Positions 24,261 through 34,850 of a stretch of DNA of 64,000 nt are shown in pieces (the stretch's first letter is position 1; each line of letters begins with the position of its first letter). Origin of the DNA: an uncultured Candidatus Saccharibacteria bacterium (lineage in GTDB: Bacteria > Patescibacteriota > Saccharimonadia > Saccharimonadales > JAGQNJ01). Both the position numbers and the translations under genes were made by a program. The stretch is taken from assembly GCA_964577565.1 (NCBI GenBank), contig CAZNZL010000001.1:270566-334565 (forward strand). The letters run 5' to 3'. The notes beneath the pieces were generated by a model that was not told where the DNA came from, searched no databases, and worked only from the letters and a program-made list of their open reading frames with translations.

Positions 24261-24560
24261 CTACCATACGCTTGTATCATCAATTACTTCTGACCGGTGT
24301 GCACCGCCACTATTCCTGATAGTTACACGGGAACCCGTTGTAATAGTAGCATTTGTTAGAAAGCCCCGATGTTCTTCACCACCGATATTCATTGTCATCA
24401 ATAAACGCTCTCGGCCACCGCGCTCAACTACCGCTACACCACCTAGCTTAATTGCTGAGTGTCCAGCGTACAAATGAACCAATTGCTGGCGATTGGCAAT
24501 GTCTACTAATGCTTCATGGCTTACTACTTCTTTGGGTTCTATCTGTCCTTCTGGCGGCAT
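24261..24560 (-). CDS. hypothetical protein (99 aa)
   Basis: Start at 24560 follows AAGGAG. The longer ORF-track version lacks an RBS. Confidence 0.45.
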   Translation of the reverse strand: MPPEGQIEPKEVVSHEALVDIANRQQLVHLYAGHSAIKLGGVAVVERGGRERLLMTMNIGGEEHRGFLTNATITTGSRVTIRNSGGAHRSEVIDDTSVW

Positions 24561-24616
24561 ACTGTACTCCTTAATTAGCCTGAGATTAACAACTCCGGTC
24601 AGAGGAGTCAAGCAAA

Positions 24617-25693
24617 TTACAGGTCGTCAAGGTTGGGCTTATCAAGTAGTAGCGGATCAACGTTAGCGCTTTTATCGGCAATTTTAACGATGTCTTTATC
24701 GATTTTTTTAAGCTCTTTGTGGGCAGAATTGTAGTGGTTTACAGTGGTGCCAAGGCTCGATCCAAGCTTTTGCATATACGTCTCATACACTTGAATATGC
24801 CGGCCAAGTTCTCCAACGCGTTTTTGAATATCAATTGCCTGTTCTTCTATTTGCAGGCTGCGTAAACCTTGTAACACGGTTTGCAAATACGCCATAAAGC
24901 TGGTTGGGCTCACGATAATGACGTGCTTTTCAGCAAAAGCGTATTCAATAAGATCACGCGAGTTAGTAGCTGTAGTACCAACTTTATTAATGAGCAAATC
25001 ATAATACAGCGATTCGCTCGGAATAAACATAAAGGCAAAATCCATGGTGTTTTCACGCGGACGAATATACTTGCTGGTTTCATCAATGCGGTTTTTAAGA
25101 TCAATTTTAAACTTCTTCACCACCGCTTCTTTGGCGGTTTTATCTTTTTCTTCAATAATGCGATTGTAATTTTCGAGGCTAAACTTGCTGTCTATTGGCA
25201 AAATCTTATTTTTATCAAGAAAAATCACCGCATCGACAGTCTCGCCGTCTTTAAAGCGGTATTGCATAGCAAAACGGCCAGGCGGCATAACGTTTTCTAA
25301 TACTGTTTGCAAATAGTATTCACCGACTACGCCGCGTTGTTTGGGGTTTTGTAAGACGTTTTGCAGGGTTTTAAGCTCGGTGGCAATGTCGCCAACTTGG
25401 CGGTTGGTACGGTCAAGTTCGGTTAGTTTTTGCGTGACATCTCGTATAATTTTGGCGCTGGCCTCGTACTGGCGGGCCATGGCTTCTTGGGTTTTGTCAA
25501 GCCGAGCCGTCATGTGGTCTTTTAGACCATCATTCACCTTTTGTACCGCTTCATTTAAGGTGACGATATCTTGTTTAAGCAGTTGTGTTGTTGATTCTTC
25601 TTTTAGCTCTTTTATTTTTTGAGTCATAACAAAAAGAGTTGCGCCAAAACCTAAAAGTAACACTGCTATCACCGCCACCATTGTTCCATCCAT
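24617..25693 (-). CDS. rmuC: DNA recombination protein RmuC
   Basis: N-terminal TM helix plus coiled coil, then a C-terminal RmuC nuclease-like domain (PDAVIFL...LPIDSKF...FMFIPSE). Confidence 0.88.
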   Translation of the reverse strand: MDGTMVAVIAVLLLGFGATLFVMTQKIKELKEESTTQLLKQDIVTLNEAVQKVNDGLKDHMTARLDKTQEAMARQYEASAKIIRDVTQKLTELDRTNRQVGDIATELKTLQNVLQNPKQRGVVGEYYLQTVLENVMPPGRFAMQYRFKDGETVDAVIFLDKNKILPIDSKFSLENYNRIIEEKDKTAKEAVVKKFKIDLKNRIDETSKYIRPRENTMDFAFMFIPSESLYYDLLINKVGTTATNSRDLIEYAFAEKHVIIVSPTSFMAYLQTVLQGLRSLQIEEQAIDIQKRVGELGRHIQVYETYMQKLGSSLGTTVNHYNSAHKELKKIDKDIVKIADKSANVDPLLLDKPNLDDL

Positions 25694-25719
25694 GTTATCT
25701 ATTGTAATAGAGTATTCAG

Positions 25720-26547
25720 CTAATGGCTACTGTCGCCGTGGTTATCAAGATGAACCTCATGAGTATCTTCAGAATGTTCGTGCCCCGTTTCTATGTACGC
25801 ATGAGCAACGCTGGTGACCGCGCCCACTACCAACACACCCAGTACCAACAAGGCAGCCTGGATGTCAAAGACACGTTTTTTATCACGACTTTCATGAATA
25901 GCAGGAATAATGTCACTAGCCGCAATGTATAGCAAAAAGCCAGCGCTCAACCCCAACAATACGCCAAGCGGCAGTTTATCGTCGCTCCCAATCGCGTAGG
26001 TCAACACCGCAAACACTACCGTAGCCACCGCGCTTAACAAATTGACGAGTAACACGCTTCGGCGACGCAGGCCTTTTGACAACAACAAACCAAAATCACC
26101 AATTTCTTGGGGTATTTCGTGGGCTGCAACCGCAATGGTAGTAACAATGCCAGTTGGTACGCTGATTAAAAATGATGCAGCTATAGCTACACCATCTAGG
26201 GCGTTATGCATGGTATCACCCACGACAATTAACCAGGCATCTGGATCGTGACTTTTTTTGTCGTCTTCATGATGGTGATGAAACCACTGCAGAAAGCCTT
26301 CTGCCAAAAAAAATACAACCATACCAATAAGGGCAGCCAACAACACCGTACCGGCATCACTTTGCTCTATACCTTCATGTAATAAATCAAGAAAGACAGC
26401 CGCCAAAAGAGCCCCGCCGGCAAAGGGTGTTGCGTACAGCGCCAGCGATTTTGCTGTTTTGTTACTTTTAAGCAGTAATAAGCCGCCAATTAACGAAAAT
26501 AGGCCCCCTAACAATGAAAAAAGGAGTACATACGAGAATGTCGACAT
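25720..26547 (-). CDS. ZIP-family metal (zinc) transporter
   Basis: Multi-TM protein with a His-rich loop (WFHHHHEDD), HNALDG and HEIPQEIGDF motifs. Confidence 0.88.
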   Translation of the reverse strand: MSTFSYVLLFSLLGGLFSLIGGLLLLKSNKTAKSLALYATPFAGGALLAAVFLDLLHEGIEQSDAGTVLLAALIGMVVFFLAEGFLQWFHHHHEDDKKSHDPDAWLIVVGDTMHNALDGVAIAASFLISVPTGIVTTIAVAAHEIPQEIGDFGLLLSKGLRRRSVLLVNLLSAVATVVFAVLTYAIGSDDKLPLGVLLGLSAGFLLYIAASDIIPAIHESRDKKRVFDIQAALLVLGVLVVGAVTSVAHAYIETGHEHSEDTHEVHLDNHGDSSH

Positions 26548-26688
26548 ACTATAAGCCTAACGCAATCACGGCGGCAAGGCAAAGAAAGCACCATACAACA
26601 TGAGACCCCGGCTACTGCGCCAGGGTCGATGGGAAGCCTCACACTTCCTACCTTAAGCATAAGCCTCCTCGTGCTTTTTCGCAATGTA

Positions 26689-27300
26689 TTATTTAACGGA
26701 CAAATATTTTAAATCTGATCGTATGAGCAAAGGCACCATCGCCCCTAGCAGCACACCGCCCACAATATCTAACGGGGCGTGCACGCCAAGAATAATTCTG
26801 GTAATACCTACCGCTAGCACCATCACAACAAGCCACGGCCTATATTGTTTTGCTACATATGGCCATAACGTTACCGCAATCGCTGTTACCACTGCCGCGT
26901 GGCCCGATGGGTAGCCATAACTAACAACACCACCTTCGCGTGCTAAGACTTCTGTCCACAGCCCTGCTGGACGAGGCCGCATAATAAGCTCTTTTAGCAG
27001 CCACGCTAGTAAATAAGCGCCCATTCCATTAAACAGCAGACGCCAACCAAGCTTTTTCTGGCCTAAAATAAACGTCACTGCCGCCATACTATATAACGCT
27101 GCCGTACTGCCAAAGTGGGTGATATTAATAACGATAACATCAAGACTTTCAGGTACCCGATGCAGCGCCCGAAAGATGGTTTGCTCAAACCCAAGCATTA
27201 GTTGGCTTTTAGCCAGCCACGTTACGCCAGCAAATAACATTAACAGTAGTAATAACCACTGTACAATATGGTTTTTACGTGCCGTAGCGGCTTTTGTCAT
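26689..27300 (-). CDS. PAP2-family phosphatase (undecaprenyl-diphosphatase-like)
   Basis: KxxxxxxRP, PSGH and SRxxxxxH motifs (LIMRPRP, YPSGHA, TRIILGVH). Confidence 0.8.
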   Translation of the reverse strand: MTKAATARKNHIVQWLLLLLMLFAGVTWLAKSQLMLGFEQTIFRALHRVPESLDVIVINITHFGSTAALYSMAAVTFILGQKKLGWRLLFNGMGAYLLAWLLKELIMRPRPAGLWTEVLAREGGVVSYGYPSGHAAVVTAIAVTLWPYVAKQYRPWLVVMVLAVGITRIILGVHAPLDIVGGVLLGAMVPLLIRSDLKYLSVK

Positions 27301-27315
27301 ACGTCTATAATACCG

Positions 27316-27885
27316 CTAATGCTTGGGGAGTGAAACATATGGATTGCTGGTTATAAAAAACCGCCACAGCCGATGCGTGTCCCGACTAATACCAACACGG
27401 GTAGTAGCGGTTATATCTAGCTTGGTAGCATCTTTAGGCGGTAATAACTGCAACGGCGGCTGGCTTAAATCATGGCCATACAGGCGCTTATCAATTGCCA
27501 TAGCTTGGCACAATTTAGCTGGACCGTTGGTAAGATTAGCTTTGCTTTGAATGTTTCTTAGGGTGTGCATAATCTCTATACCTTCAAGGGGCTCAACTGC
27601 CCGTATAAGCACACCGCTGCCATGACCCTGCTTGCCCGTAACCACATTCACGCAGTAGTGCATGCCATACGTAAAATAAATATATGCATGCCCCGGTTCA
27701 CCAAACATGGCTTTGGTTCTTGGTGTCATACCCCGATAGCTATGACTAGCCGCATCAGATTGATCATACGCTTCTGTTTCTACGATCATACCCGAAAGCT
27801 GTACGCCCTTAAAGGTTCGTACCAGCCGCCAGCCTAACAGCTGAGGTGCCACCACATCTGCTGGTTGTGAAAGTAAGCGAATCAT
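27316..27885 (-). CDS. DNA-3-methyladenine glycosylase (MPG/AAG family)
   Basis: IVETEAY...DAASHSYRG.T.RT..MFG.PGHAYIYF.YGMH.C.NVV pattern. Confidence 0.9.
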   Translation of the reverse strand: MIRLLSQPADVVAPQLLGWRLVRTFKGVQLSGMIVETEAYDQSDAASHSYRGMTPRTKAMFGEPGHAYIYFTYGMHYCVNVVTGKQGHGSGVLIRAVEPLEGIEIMHTLRNIQSKANLTNGPAKLCQAMAIDKRLYGHDLSQPPLQLLPPKDATKLDITATTRVGISRDTHRLWRFFITSNPYVSLPKH

Positions 27886-27887
27886 AA

Positions 27888-28832
27888 TTGAATACTAGCA
27901 CGCAATTATCTACACTAGTACTCATGGATACCGCCGCAATAGAAATAACCGGCCTGAGCAAACGCTACACGGCTCATGGGGCATATGCACTGAACGACCT
28001 GACTCTTACCGTCAAACAGGCAGAGGTATACGGTTTTCTGGGCCCTAATGGCGCTGGTAAATCGACCACCATTCGCACACTTTTAAATTTTATTCAACCA
28101 ACAGAAGGGTCAGCAAAAATATTAGGACACGACATTGTCAAAGACGCCGTTAAAATTCGACGACGTTTAGGCTATTTATCGGGCGACTTTAAAGCTTACG
28201 AGAAAATGACTGGCCAGCAGTTTTTAGATTATATGGCCAACTTACAACCACTAAAGCGCAAAGTAGCCATAAAAGAACTGGCCAAAATCTTTAATGCCGA
28301 TTTACGCAAACGTATTAGCGATCTGTCTAAGGGTAACAGGCAAAAGATTGGCATTATTCAAGCGTGCATGCACGAACCAGACATACTCATTTTAGACGAG
28401 CCGACCGATGGACTTGACCCCCTTATGCAAGAGGCGTTTTATGACTTGGTAGACCGCCTAAAAGCTAAAGGCACTACCTTTTTTGTCAGCAGCCATAATT
28501 TGGCAGAGGTTAAAAAAATGTGTGACCGCGTAGGTATTATTCGTGATGGTAAGCTTGTTAGCGAAAACATCATCGCCGATATGGCACTAGAAGCCTCACA
28601 AACGTTTGAAGTCGCATTTAACAATAAAGTTTCTTTGTCGGATATTCGCGGCATAGCTAATGTTAAAAAGGTTTTGAGCCGTAACGGTTTATTTGAGATC
28701 CACGTCACAGGCGGTTTTGAGCCCCTCCTAAAGTTTTTGTCAGGACAGCACATTACACACCTCACCACTAAAGAGCTAAACCTTGAAGAAAAATTCATGC
28801 GCTATTACGGCAACGGAGATAAAAATGTATAA
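27888..28832 (+). CDS. ABC transporter ATP-binding protein
   Basis: Walker A GPNGAGKST, signature LSKGNRQK, Walker B ILILDEPT. The true start may be the internal MDTAAIEITG. Confidence 0.9.
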   Translation: MNTSTQLSTLVLMDTAAIEITGLSKRYTAHGAYALNDLTLTVKQAEVYGFLGPNGAGKSTTIRTLLNFIQPTEGSAKILGHDIVKDAVKIRRRLGYLSGDFKAYEKMTGQQFLDYMANLQPLKRKVAIKELAKIFNADLRKRISDLSKGNRQKIGIIQACMHEPDILILDEPTDGLDPLMQEAFYDLVDRLKAKGTTFFVSSHNLAEVKKMCDRVGIIRDGKLVSENIIADMALEASQTFEVAFNNKVSLSDIRGIANVKKVLSRNGLFEIHVTGGFEPLLKFLSGQHITHLTTKELNLEEKFMRYYGNGDKNV

Positions 28833-29622
28833 CATTGTCAGGTGGGAATTGTGGCAACGACGCTGGAGCATTATGTGGTGGACCATTGGCATAGTTGCGT
28901 TTATTGCCCTGAACCTATTGTTTTATCCATCGTTCAGAGACCAATCACAGCAACTCGAACAAGCTTTTTCTGATATTCCAGATTCCGCTATGGCCCTTCT
29001 GTCCGACACTGGTGATTTTATGTCACCCGTTGGTTATCTGAGCAGCCAAATCTTTTACCTTATGTTACCGATGCTACTTGGTATTTTGGCTATTTCGCTT
29101 GGATCATCACTGCTCGGCAAAGAAGAAAAAGAAGGCACTATTGAACTGCTTTTGAGTCGCCCCATTTCTCGTACGCAGCTTTTATTTTCTAAAGCTTTGG
29201 CCGGCATAAGTATTACTTTACTCGTTGGCCTGATTGCTGCGCTCGTAACATCGGTGCTTGCCAAACTAGTGAAGCTTGAGGCCAGTACAACCGGTATTGT
29301 CTTAGCTACGGTTGTGTGCTGGATGATGGCAGTGTCGTTTGGGGCAGTAGCATTTGTTATTTCATCTTTGGGTAAGGCTCGCATTGCGAGTGTTGGTATT
29401 GCTACGCTGTACGCCCTTGGAGGCTACATTATTGCGTCGCTAATAAACGTGGCCGAATGGCTGCGATGGCCAGCTAAAGCGTTTCCGTTTAACTACTATC
29501 ACCCGGCCATCATTATGCAATCGAATTATAATTGGGCAAATAGCGGCTTTTTTGTGGCAGTCATAGTACTAGCCGGCATCATTGCCTGGCTGGTGTTTAA
29601 CCGACGCGATATTACGTCTTAA
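28825..29622 (+). CDS. ABC-2 type transporter permease
   Basis: Six predicted TM helices. ATG at 28825 overlaps the ATPase stop, and the ORF-track start at 28783 is inside the ATPase gene. Confidence 0.7.
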   Translation: MYNIVRWELWQRRWSIMWWTIGIVAFIALNLLFYPSFRDQSQQLEQAFSDIPDSAMALLSDTGDFMSPVGYLSSQIFYLMLPMLLGILAISLGSSLLGKEEKEGTIELLLSRPISRTQLLFSKALAGISITLLVGLIAALVTSVLAKLVKLEASTTGIVLATVVCWMMAVSFGAVAFVISSLGKARIASVGIATLYALGGYIIASLINVAEWLRWPAKAFPFNYYHPAIIMQSNYNWANSGFFVAVIVLAGIIAWLVFNRRDITS

Positions 29623-30137
29623 AGCGCCACGTCAGTAACCAACATAATAATAGCAAGCGCTACCACCGTGGCGTTCTCAATGATGGTAACGGTTGAATAA
29701 CGAAGTTGAATAATCGTACCCAGGTACGAAAGCCGTACCTGCCCACGGGCAGAAACAAGCTTTACCATTCCCCACAAGCCAGAAAAGCTCACGGTTACCA
29801 CTACGATGTCACGAAGCAACGGGCTTAAACCAGTTATGTACCACATGCCCAAAAAGGCCTGTAGCAGCGGATAGATATACTTATAAGGAGTGAACCGTTT
29901 TGCAATGAGATCATAAAGCGGAAAGACTCGCAAGAAAACTTCTATGCCAATCAGTTTAAAACCTGCAAACATAATCAAAAAGCCGCCAAGAAACCAGCGA
30001 ATCCACTCTTGCCCATTAAAACCGTTCAACGTCCCCATCAACGTCGCGGCAATAGCCAGAAAAACAAGAACGCCTGCAAATTTCATGCGTTCTTTTGAAG
30101 TAGTTTGGGCTTGTACAACTAACCGACTGCTCATCAA
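29619..30137 (-). CDS. integral membrane protein, hypothetical
   Basis: 172 aa with 4-5 hydrophobic helices. Confidence 0.5.
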   Translation of the reverse strand: MMSSRLVVQAQTTSKERMKFAGVLVFLAIAATLMGTLNGFNGQEWIRWFLGGFLIMFAGFKLIGIEVFLRVFPLYDLIAKRFTPYKYIYPLLQAFLGMWYITGLSPLLRDIVVVTVSFSGLWGMVKLVSARGQVRLSYLGTIIQLRYSTVTIIENATVVALAIIMLVTDVAL

Positions 30138-30213
30138 TCTAGTTTATTGTACGCCAGTAAAAGCATAATTACTATTATTGACTTTTATGTTTTTGTCGGG
30201 CTAAAAACTGTGA

Positions 30214-31371
30214 TTAACGTAATTTGGTGCTAATTTTTTGATCTGGTTTTGGCAAACGGTGCATTGCATCATTTATCACCATGCCCGTACCAACAATATG
30301 AGCCGCAAGGAGCGCAAAAAAGCCAATTAGCGGTACAAAGTACAGCAGCAACAAAACGCTACCGCCCAGCAACGCTATCAAAATGGGGCTTTTGCTATCT
30401 TTAAGCATTACGCGCCCCAACGCATAACCGGCATAAGGGCCGCTTAGCATGGCGATTACACACCATAAAAGCGTGACCAGTATTGCAAGCGGTATCCCTA
30501 CAATTGATATTATCAATAAAATAATGAGCACTGGCACAACTAAACCAGCTAAAAACCCAATGCCAATTACTTTACCCGGTTGGCGCAATAAACGGGTTGA
30601 TGCATCATGCAGTACTTGGGGAATCAACACCGCAAGCGCCAAGATTACTAACAACAACGCCACGAATATATATAGTATAGTCATAAACGTAAACGCCAAG
30701 GGTGCGTAACGAGGTTTGGTCTCAGTCTTTGGCGGATTATTGCGCTTTATGCCGCTTGCAATCTCGGCACCTTCATTTACGGTTGGCTCATGAGCGCTGG
30801 TAAATTCAACCGCACCGCCCACACGTGCATTGCTTGTCAGTGTAAGGTTGTCTATATTGCCCTTGACATTACGCCCAACACGGTTATTAATGTAGCCAGC
30901 CGTCGCCCCTAACGCAACATCTCTACCCACGATGCCGTCAATGGTTGCCGTTTGAGTTCCGCCCAACAAGTCCCTTTCAATACGGCTTGAGCCTTCTGCG
31001 GTAAAGCTCTGCGATGCTACCGTTAAACTACCCTGTACATGCCCGCCAAGCGTTACGTTCTGGCCTGCCACCCGAACACTGCCCTCAACCGTACCGGCGA
31101 TTCGTACATTCTGCCCGGCGCAGAAAATATCACCCCGCACCGTTCCGTTAATAGTTACATTTTGGGCTGCGCAGTACACATCGCCGTTAACATCTCCGGC
31201 TATATCAACGCTATTACCTGCTGCAAACAACATACTGTCTACTTGTTCATCCGCGCTAATTGAAACCGTATTACCCGACCGTACAACCTGAGCTTGGGCA
31301 ACCCCCACCAAACCCAATACCATTACACTAATAAACGCCACCCCCAACGCTAGTAGCTTATACCGTTTCAT
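30214..31371 (-). CDS. bactofilin-like (polymer-forming cytoskeletal) repeat protein with C-terminal membrane domain
   Basis: Signal/TM helix, then repeated G.V.G.V...GQNV beta-helix-like units, then about 5 TM helices. Confidence 0.6.
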   Translation of the reverse strand: MKRYKLLALGVAFISVMVLGLVGVAQAQVVRSGNTVSISADEQVDSMLFAAGNSVDIAGDVNGDVYCAAQNVTINGTVRGDIFCAGQNVRIAGTVEGSVRVAGQNVTLGGHVQGSLTVASQSFTAEGSSRIERDLLGGTQTATIDGIVGRDVALGATAGYINNRVGRNVKGNIDNLTLTSNARVGGAVEFTSAHEPTVNEGAEIASGIKRNNPPKTETKPRYAPLAFTFMTILYIFVALLLVILALAVLIPQVLHDASTRLLRQPGKVIGIGFLAGLVVPVLIILLIISIVGIPLAILVTLLWCVIAMLSGPYAGYALGRVMLKDSKSPILIALLGGSVLLLLYFVPLIGFFALLAAHIVGTGMVINDAMHRLPKPDQKISTKLR

Positions 31372-31433
31372 TGCTAACTCCCCTTTAATACCTACCAGTA
31401 TACACCGCTCTGAAGCAGAGTATACTACTATTT

Positions 31434-32618
31434 ATGGACGAAAATACACCGCTTGCCGATACATTGCGACCACAAACACTCAAAGATGTAGTTGGGCAAT
31501 CGCATTTGTTGAACGAGGGTGAGATTTTACACGAAATTATTACTCATAAGCGCCCGGTTTCACTTATTTTATGGGGGCCTCCCGGCAGCGGCAAAACAAC
31601 ACTCGCGCGCATTATTGCCAAAGAGACTGAGGCAGATTATATAGAGCTGTCAGCGGTGACTGCTGGGCTTGCCGATGTGCGGCAAGTCATTAAGCGCGCT
31701 GAAGAAAATCAGCGTCTTGGTATGCAAACCCTATTATTTGTAGACGAAATTCATCGTTTTAATAAGGCACAGCAAGACGCCTTTTTACCCCATGTTGAGA
31801 GCGGCCTTATAACCTTAATAGGTGCCACAACAGAGAACCCGAGTTTTGAGGTTATAACACCGTTGCTTTCACGAAGCCGCGTTTTAGTACTAGAGCCACA
31901 TGCAAAAACAGATATTGTATCAATTCTAAAACGGGCTTTAAAGCACCTAAAAGCTACCAACCGCGTTGACAAAAAAGCACTCGATTACCTGGCAGAACTG
32001 TCTGGTGGTGATGCGCGGGTAGCCCTTGGCAATCTAGAGCTTGCGCTTGAACTGGCAGATGGCAAGGTTACCATTGAGACCGTTAAAACCGCTGCTCAGC
32101 GCCGTTTGCCGGGTTATGATAAACAAGGCGAGTATCATTACAATCTTATTAGTGCCTTCATAAAAAGCATGCGGGGCAGCCAGCCTGACGCAACCCTATA
32201 CTATCTCGCTCGCATGCTCGACGCGGGTGAAGACCCAAAGTTTATTGCCCGCCGGATGGTCATTTTTGCCAGCGAAGATGTGGGCATGGCGGCACCGGCC
32301 GCCCTGAATCAAGCAATTAGTACCTTTCAGGCGGTTGAAAGAATCGGTATGCCCGAATGTTCGTATAATTTGTATCAGTGCGCTTTGGTGCTAGCCAAAT
32401 CACCAAAGTCACGCGTGGTTGCAGACGCCATGCAAAAAGCTATGAGAGCAGCCAAAGACTATCCCAACGCAGCCGTTCCGTTGCATCTGCGTAACGCACC
32501 CACAAAATTAATGAAAGACTTAGGCTATCAAAAAGATTATGAATGGAAGGCTGATTTTAAACACAACGAGGGCTTTTTACCCCCAGAACTACATGATTTA
32601 AAAATTGTTAAAGATTAA
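31434..32618 (+). CDS. rarA: replication-associated recombination protein A (AAA+ ATPase)
   Basis: [15 protein letters not shown], Walker [10 protein letters not shown], Walker [18 protein letters not shown] and a MgsA C-terminal domain. Confidence 0.92.
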   Translation: MDENTPLADTLRPQTLKDVVGQSHLLNEGEILHEIITHKRPVSLILWGPPGSGKTTLARIIAKETEADYIELSAVTAGLADVRQVIKRAEENQRLGMQTLLFVDEIHRFNKAQQDAFLPHVESGLITLIGATTENPSFEVITPLLSRSRVLVLEPHAKTDIVSILKRALKHLKATNRVDKKALDYLAELSGGDARVALGNLELALELADGKVTIETVKTAAQRRLPGYDKQGEYHYNLISAFIKSMRGSQPDATLYYLARMLDAGEDPKFIARRMVIFASEDVGMAAPAALNQAISTFQAVERIGMPECSYNLYQCALVLAKSPKSRVVADAMQKAMRAAKDYPNAAVPLHLRNAPTKLMKDLGYQKDYEWKADFKHNEGFLPPELHDLKIVKD

Positions 32619-33541
32619 AGCCATTTTAGTTTTTTGAATATATAAACCACAAGCCCGGTAATGACCGAGATCGTCAGCAGTATTTCCCAAAACGCAAACG
32701 GACTACTGTCATTTGGTAGGGTAACGTTCATGCCATATAAACTTGCAATAATCGTTGGTACTGCCATAAAAATGCCAATACTAGTAAGACGTTTAAAGAT
32801 ACGGTTTAGGTTGTTTGCCATAATAGTTGAGTAAGCGTCACGTATATTAGATATGGTTTTTAGGCGTGATTTTATAAGGTCTATCAACTCATTGGTACTT
32901 AATGACAAATCCTCCACTAAATCTTTGTCTTGCTCATACAGTGGCAGAAAGCGCCCATTCAGTAAGTTTCTAAACATAACCGCCTGGGGCTGCAAGGCAG
33001 TTAAATACTCGTTTAAATTTTCTTCAATATCAATAAACTCAATAAAGTATTCGTTTTTAATATCTGATTTGCTTAGTTTACTTCTAAGGCTTAGGAGCAG
33101 CTTATTGACGCTGTACATATTGCGCTCATAAGAAAAATTAATGGCGGCCAAAATTTGTAACAGTGTTTTAGTTTTTTGGGTGGTCGCAACTGGTTCAATG
33201 CCGCTTGTAAGACGTTCCAGCACGGTGCTTTTTATGCGTGTAATTGTAAATATGTGACTTTTTGTATAAATGATTAAAAGCGGCTCGGTAGCAATATCGC
33301 GGCCCTGCGGATAACAATAGCGCGAAAATATATACGTATCACCGCCCTCTTGCTCAATTCGGGGAGTTTCATAAATGTCAGTAGCGTCAACTAGTAAGTC
33401 TTCATCAAGATTATACGTTGACGCTAAGGTTTGCAGTTCTTCTTCGGTTGGCTCGACGACATTAACCCATGTGCCGGCCTTGCTTTTTTCAAGCCGTTGA
33501 ATAGCCGGATTATGGTTGGTACTATATAAAATTTCAATCAT
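32615..33541 (-). CDS. corA: magnesium/cobalt transporter CorA
   Basis: C-terminal two TM helices with the YGMNV signature. Confidence 0.85.
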   Translation of the reverse strand: MIEILYSTNHNPAIQRLEKSKAGTWVNVVEPTEEELQTLASTYNLDEDLLVDATDIYETPRIEQEGGDTYIFSRYCYPQGRDIATEPLLIIYTKSHIFTITRIKSTVLERLTSGIEPVATTQKTKTLLQILAAINFSYERNMYSVNKLLLSLRSKLSKSDIKNEYFIEFIDIEENLNEYLTALQPQAVMFRNLLNGRFLPLYEQDKDLVEDLSLSTNELIDLIKSRLKTISNIRDAYSTIMANNLNRIFKRLTSIGIFMAVPTIIASLYGMNVTLPNDSSPFAFWEILLTISVITGLVVYIFKKLKWL

Positions 33542-33596
33542 GAAAGTATTTGTTTAGTTTATTTACTTCAAAGTATAACAGAAGTTTTGATAATCC

Positions 33597-33746
33597 CTAT
33601 TGTTCAACCACGCGTTGAGCAACTGCATCAGCGTTTTGATAGGTATATTTCAATTGCTCTAGCGCTGGCATAACAGCAGTTTGAAATAAAATAACAGGTG
33701 TAACTAGCATAATGATAATCAATGTAAGCCATGCAGACAAACTCAT
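33597..33746 (-). CDS. possible 49-aa single-TM protein
   Basis: Own translation: MSLSAWLTLIIIMLVTPVILFQTAVMPALEQLKYTYQNADAVAQRVVEQ*. Below the ORF-track cutoff. Confidence 0.3.
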   Translation of the reverse strand: MSLSAWLTLIIIMLVTPVILFQTAVMPALEQLKYTYQNADAVAQRVVEQ

Positions 33747-33852
33747 ACTGCAAACTATATAATATGAAAACCAAAAACAAAATTGCTCAAGCTAAAAATC
33801 ACCACCCCTAGAAAAATTAGGTACTATTTTGTATAATTGGTCGAGTTATTAT

Positions 33853-33926
33853 TGGGGATTAGCCAAGCGGTAAGGCAGTGGGTTCTGGTCCCATGATCGG
33901 GGGTTCGAATCCCTCATCCCCAGCCA
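33853..33926 (+). tRNA. tRNA-Gln (anticodon CUG)
   Basis: Cloverleaf read by hand: acceptor UGGGGAU/AUCCCCA with U1-A72, anticodon loop UU-CUG-GU, T loop GGTTCGAATCC, encoded GCCA end. Confidence 0.9.
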
Positions 33927-33978
33927 CGACTTGCATCAAAGGAGACCTAGATTCCTTTGTTGTAGATCGAGGAATATT

Positions 33979-34689
33979 ATGAGGCTACCAAAGGAAGAAA
34001 AGTACGAACAGTTCGGGAGTGAACTGTCGGTCATAGCACATGAACTTTCGGACTTTACTGATGAAATCTTGAAAAAGATATCTGAGGACGAAGGAGTGGT
34101 AGAAAACGATGAGGACACAATCGTTATGGCTGCCTACATCCTCTTTTATACTATTGATAATTTATATAAAAATGCTGTTGAGCTAGCTGAAAATTCACAA
34201 TTAATCGCTTCAGCTATTCTTTCTCGATCAATAGTTGAAGGGATGGGCAATGTCGCATGGCTAATGGAGCAAGCAGATAACAAGTCTGAAACTTCTAGAC
34301 GAGCAGCAATATTTGAATCGAAGACTAATGAGCTTGATAAGATGATCGATACAGGGACCGGTCGGGTAATTGAAATTCCTGGAAAAATTTCAGAACGAAT
34401 AGCAATTTTTGGTAAGGGCTGGGGATTATTCTATAAGCACCTATGCTCATTTACACATGTTGATACAGCCTATTCTACACATTATTTCCGAGGAGAACTT
34501 AAGGGGGCTATCAACTTATTTATTATGCTGGACCTTATTGCTCTAGCTAACGTTATTTGGAAGCTTGAATCCATACTAAAACTAAACCGAAAGCAGAAGA
34601 ATAATCTTAAAAAAATTAAGAAGAAGCTAATTAAATCTCAGGGCAATCAAAATGATCAGTTGACAAAATATAACCCGTTCATTTTCTAG
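33979..34689 (+). CDS. hypothetical protein (236 aa) on the tRNA-Gln islet, A+T-rich
   Basis: ATG at 33979 follows GAGGAA. Helical protein with a Lys-rich tail and no family recognised with confidence. Confidence 0.5.
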   Translation: MRLPKEEKYEQFGSELSVIAHELSDFTDEILKKISEDEGVVENDEDTIVMAAYILFYTIDNLYKNAVELAENSQLIASAILSRSIVEGMGNVAWLMEQADNKSETSRRAAIFESKTNELDKMIDTGTGRVIEIPGKISERIAIFGKGWGLFYKHLCSFTHVDTAYSTHYFRGELKGAINLFIMLDLIALANVIWKLESILKLNRKQKNNLKKIKKKLIKSQGNQNDQLTKYNPFIF

Positions 34690-34850
34690 TCTAGACCTAG
34701 ACGCTCAGCCATGAAAAGAGCAGTTCTTTTGGGCTGCCTTTTTCATGCCCTGATAGGCTCGAACACCCGACCACAATGATCGGGGTGAGACATGTCACTG
34801 ACATATCGCAAGGGAATCTTCTCTTGAAAAACTAGGTTTTCAAAGATGAA

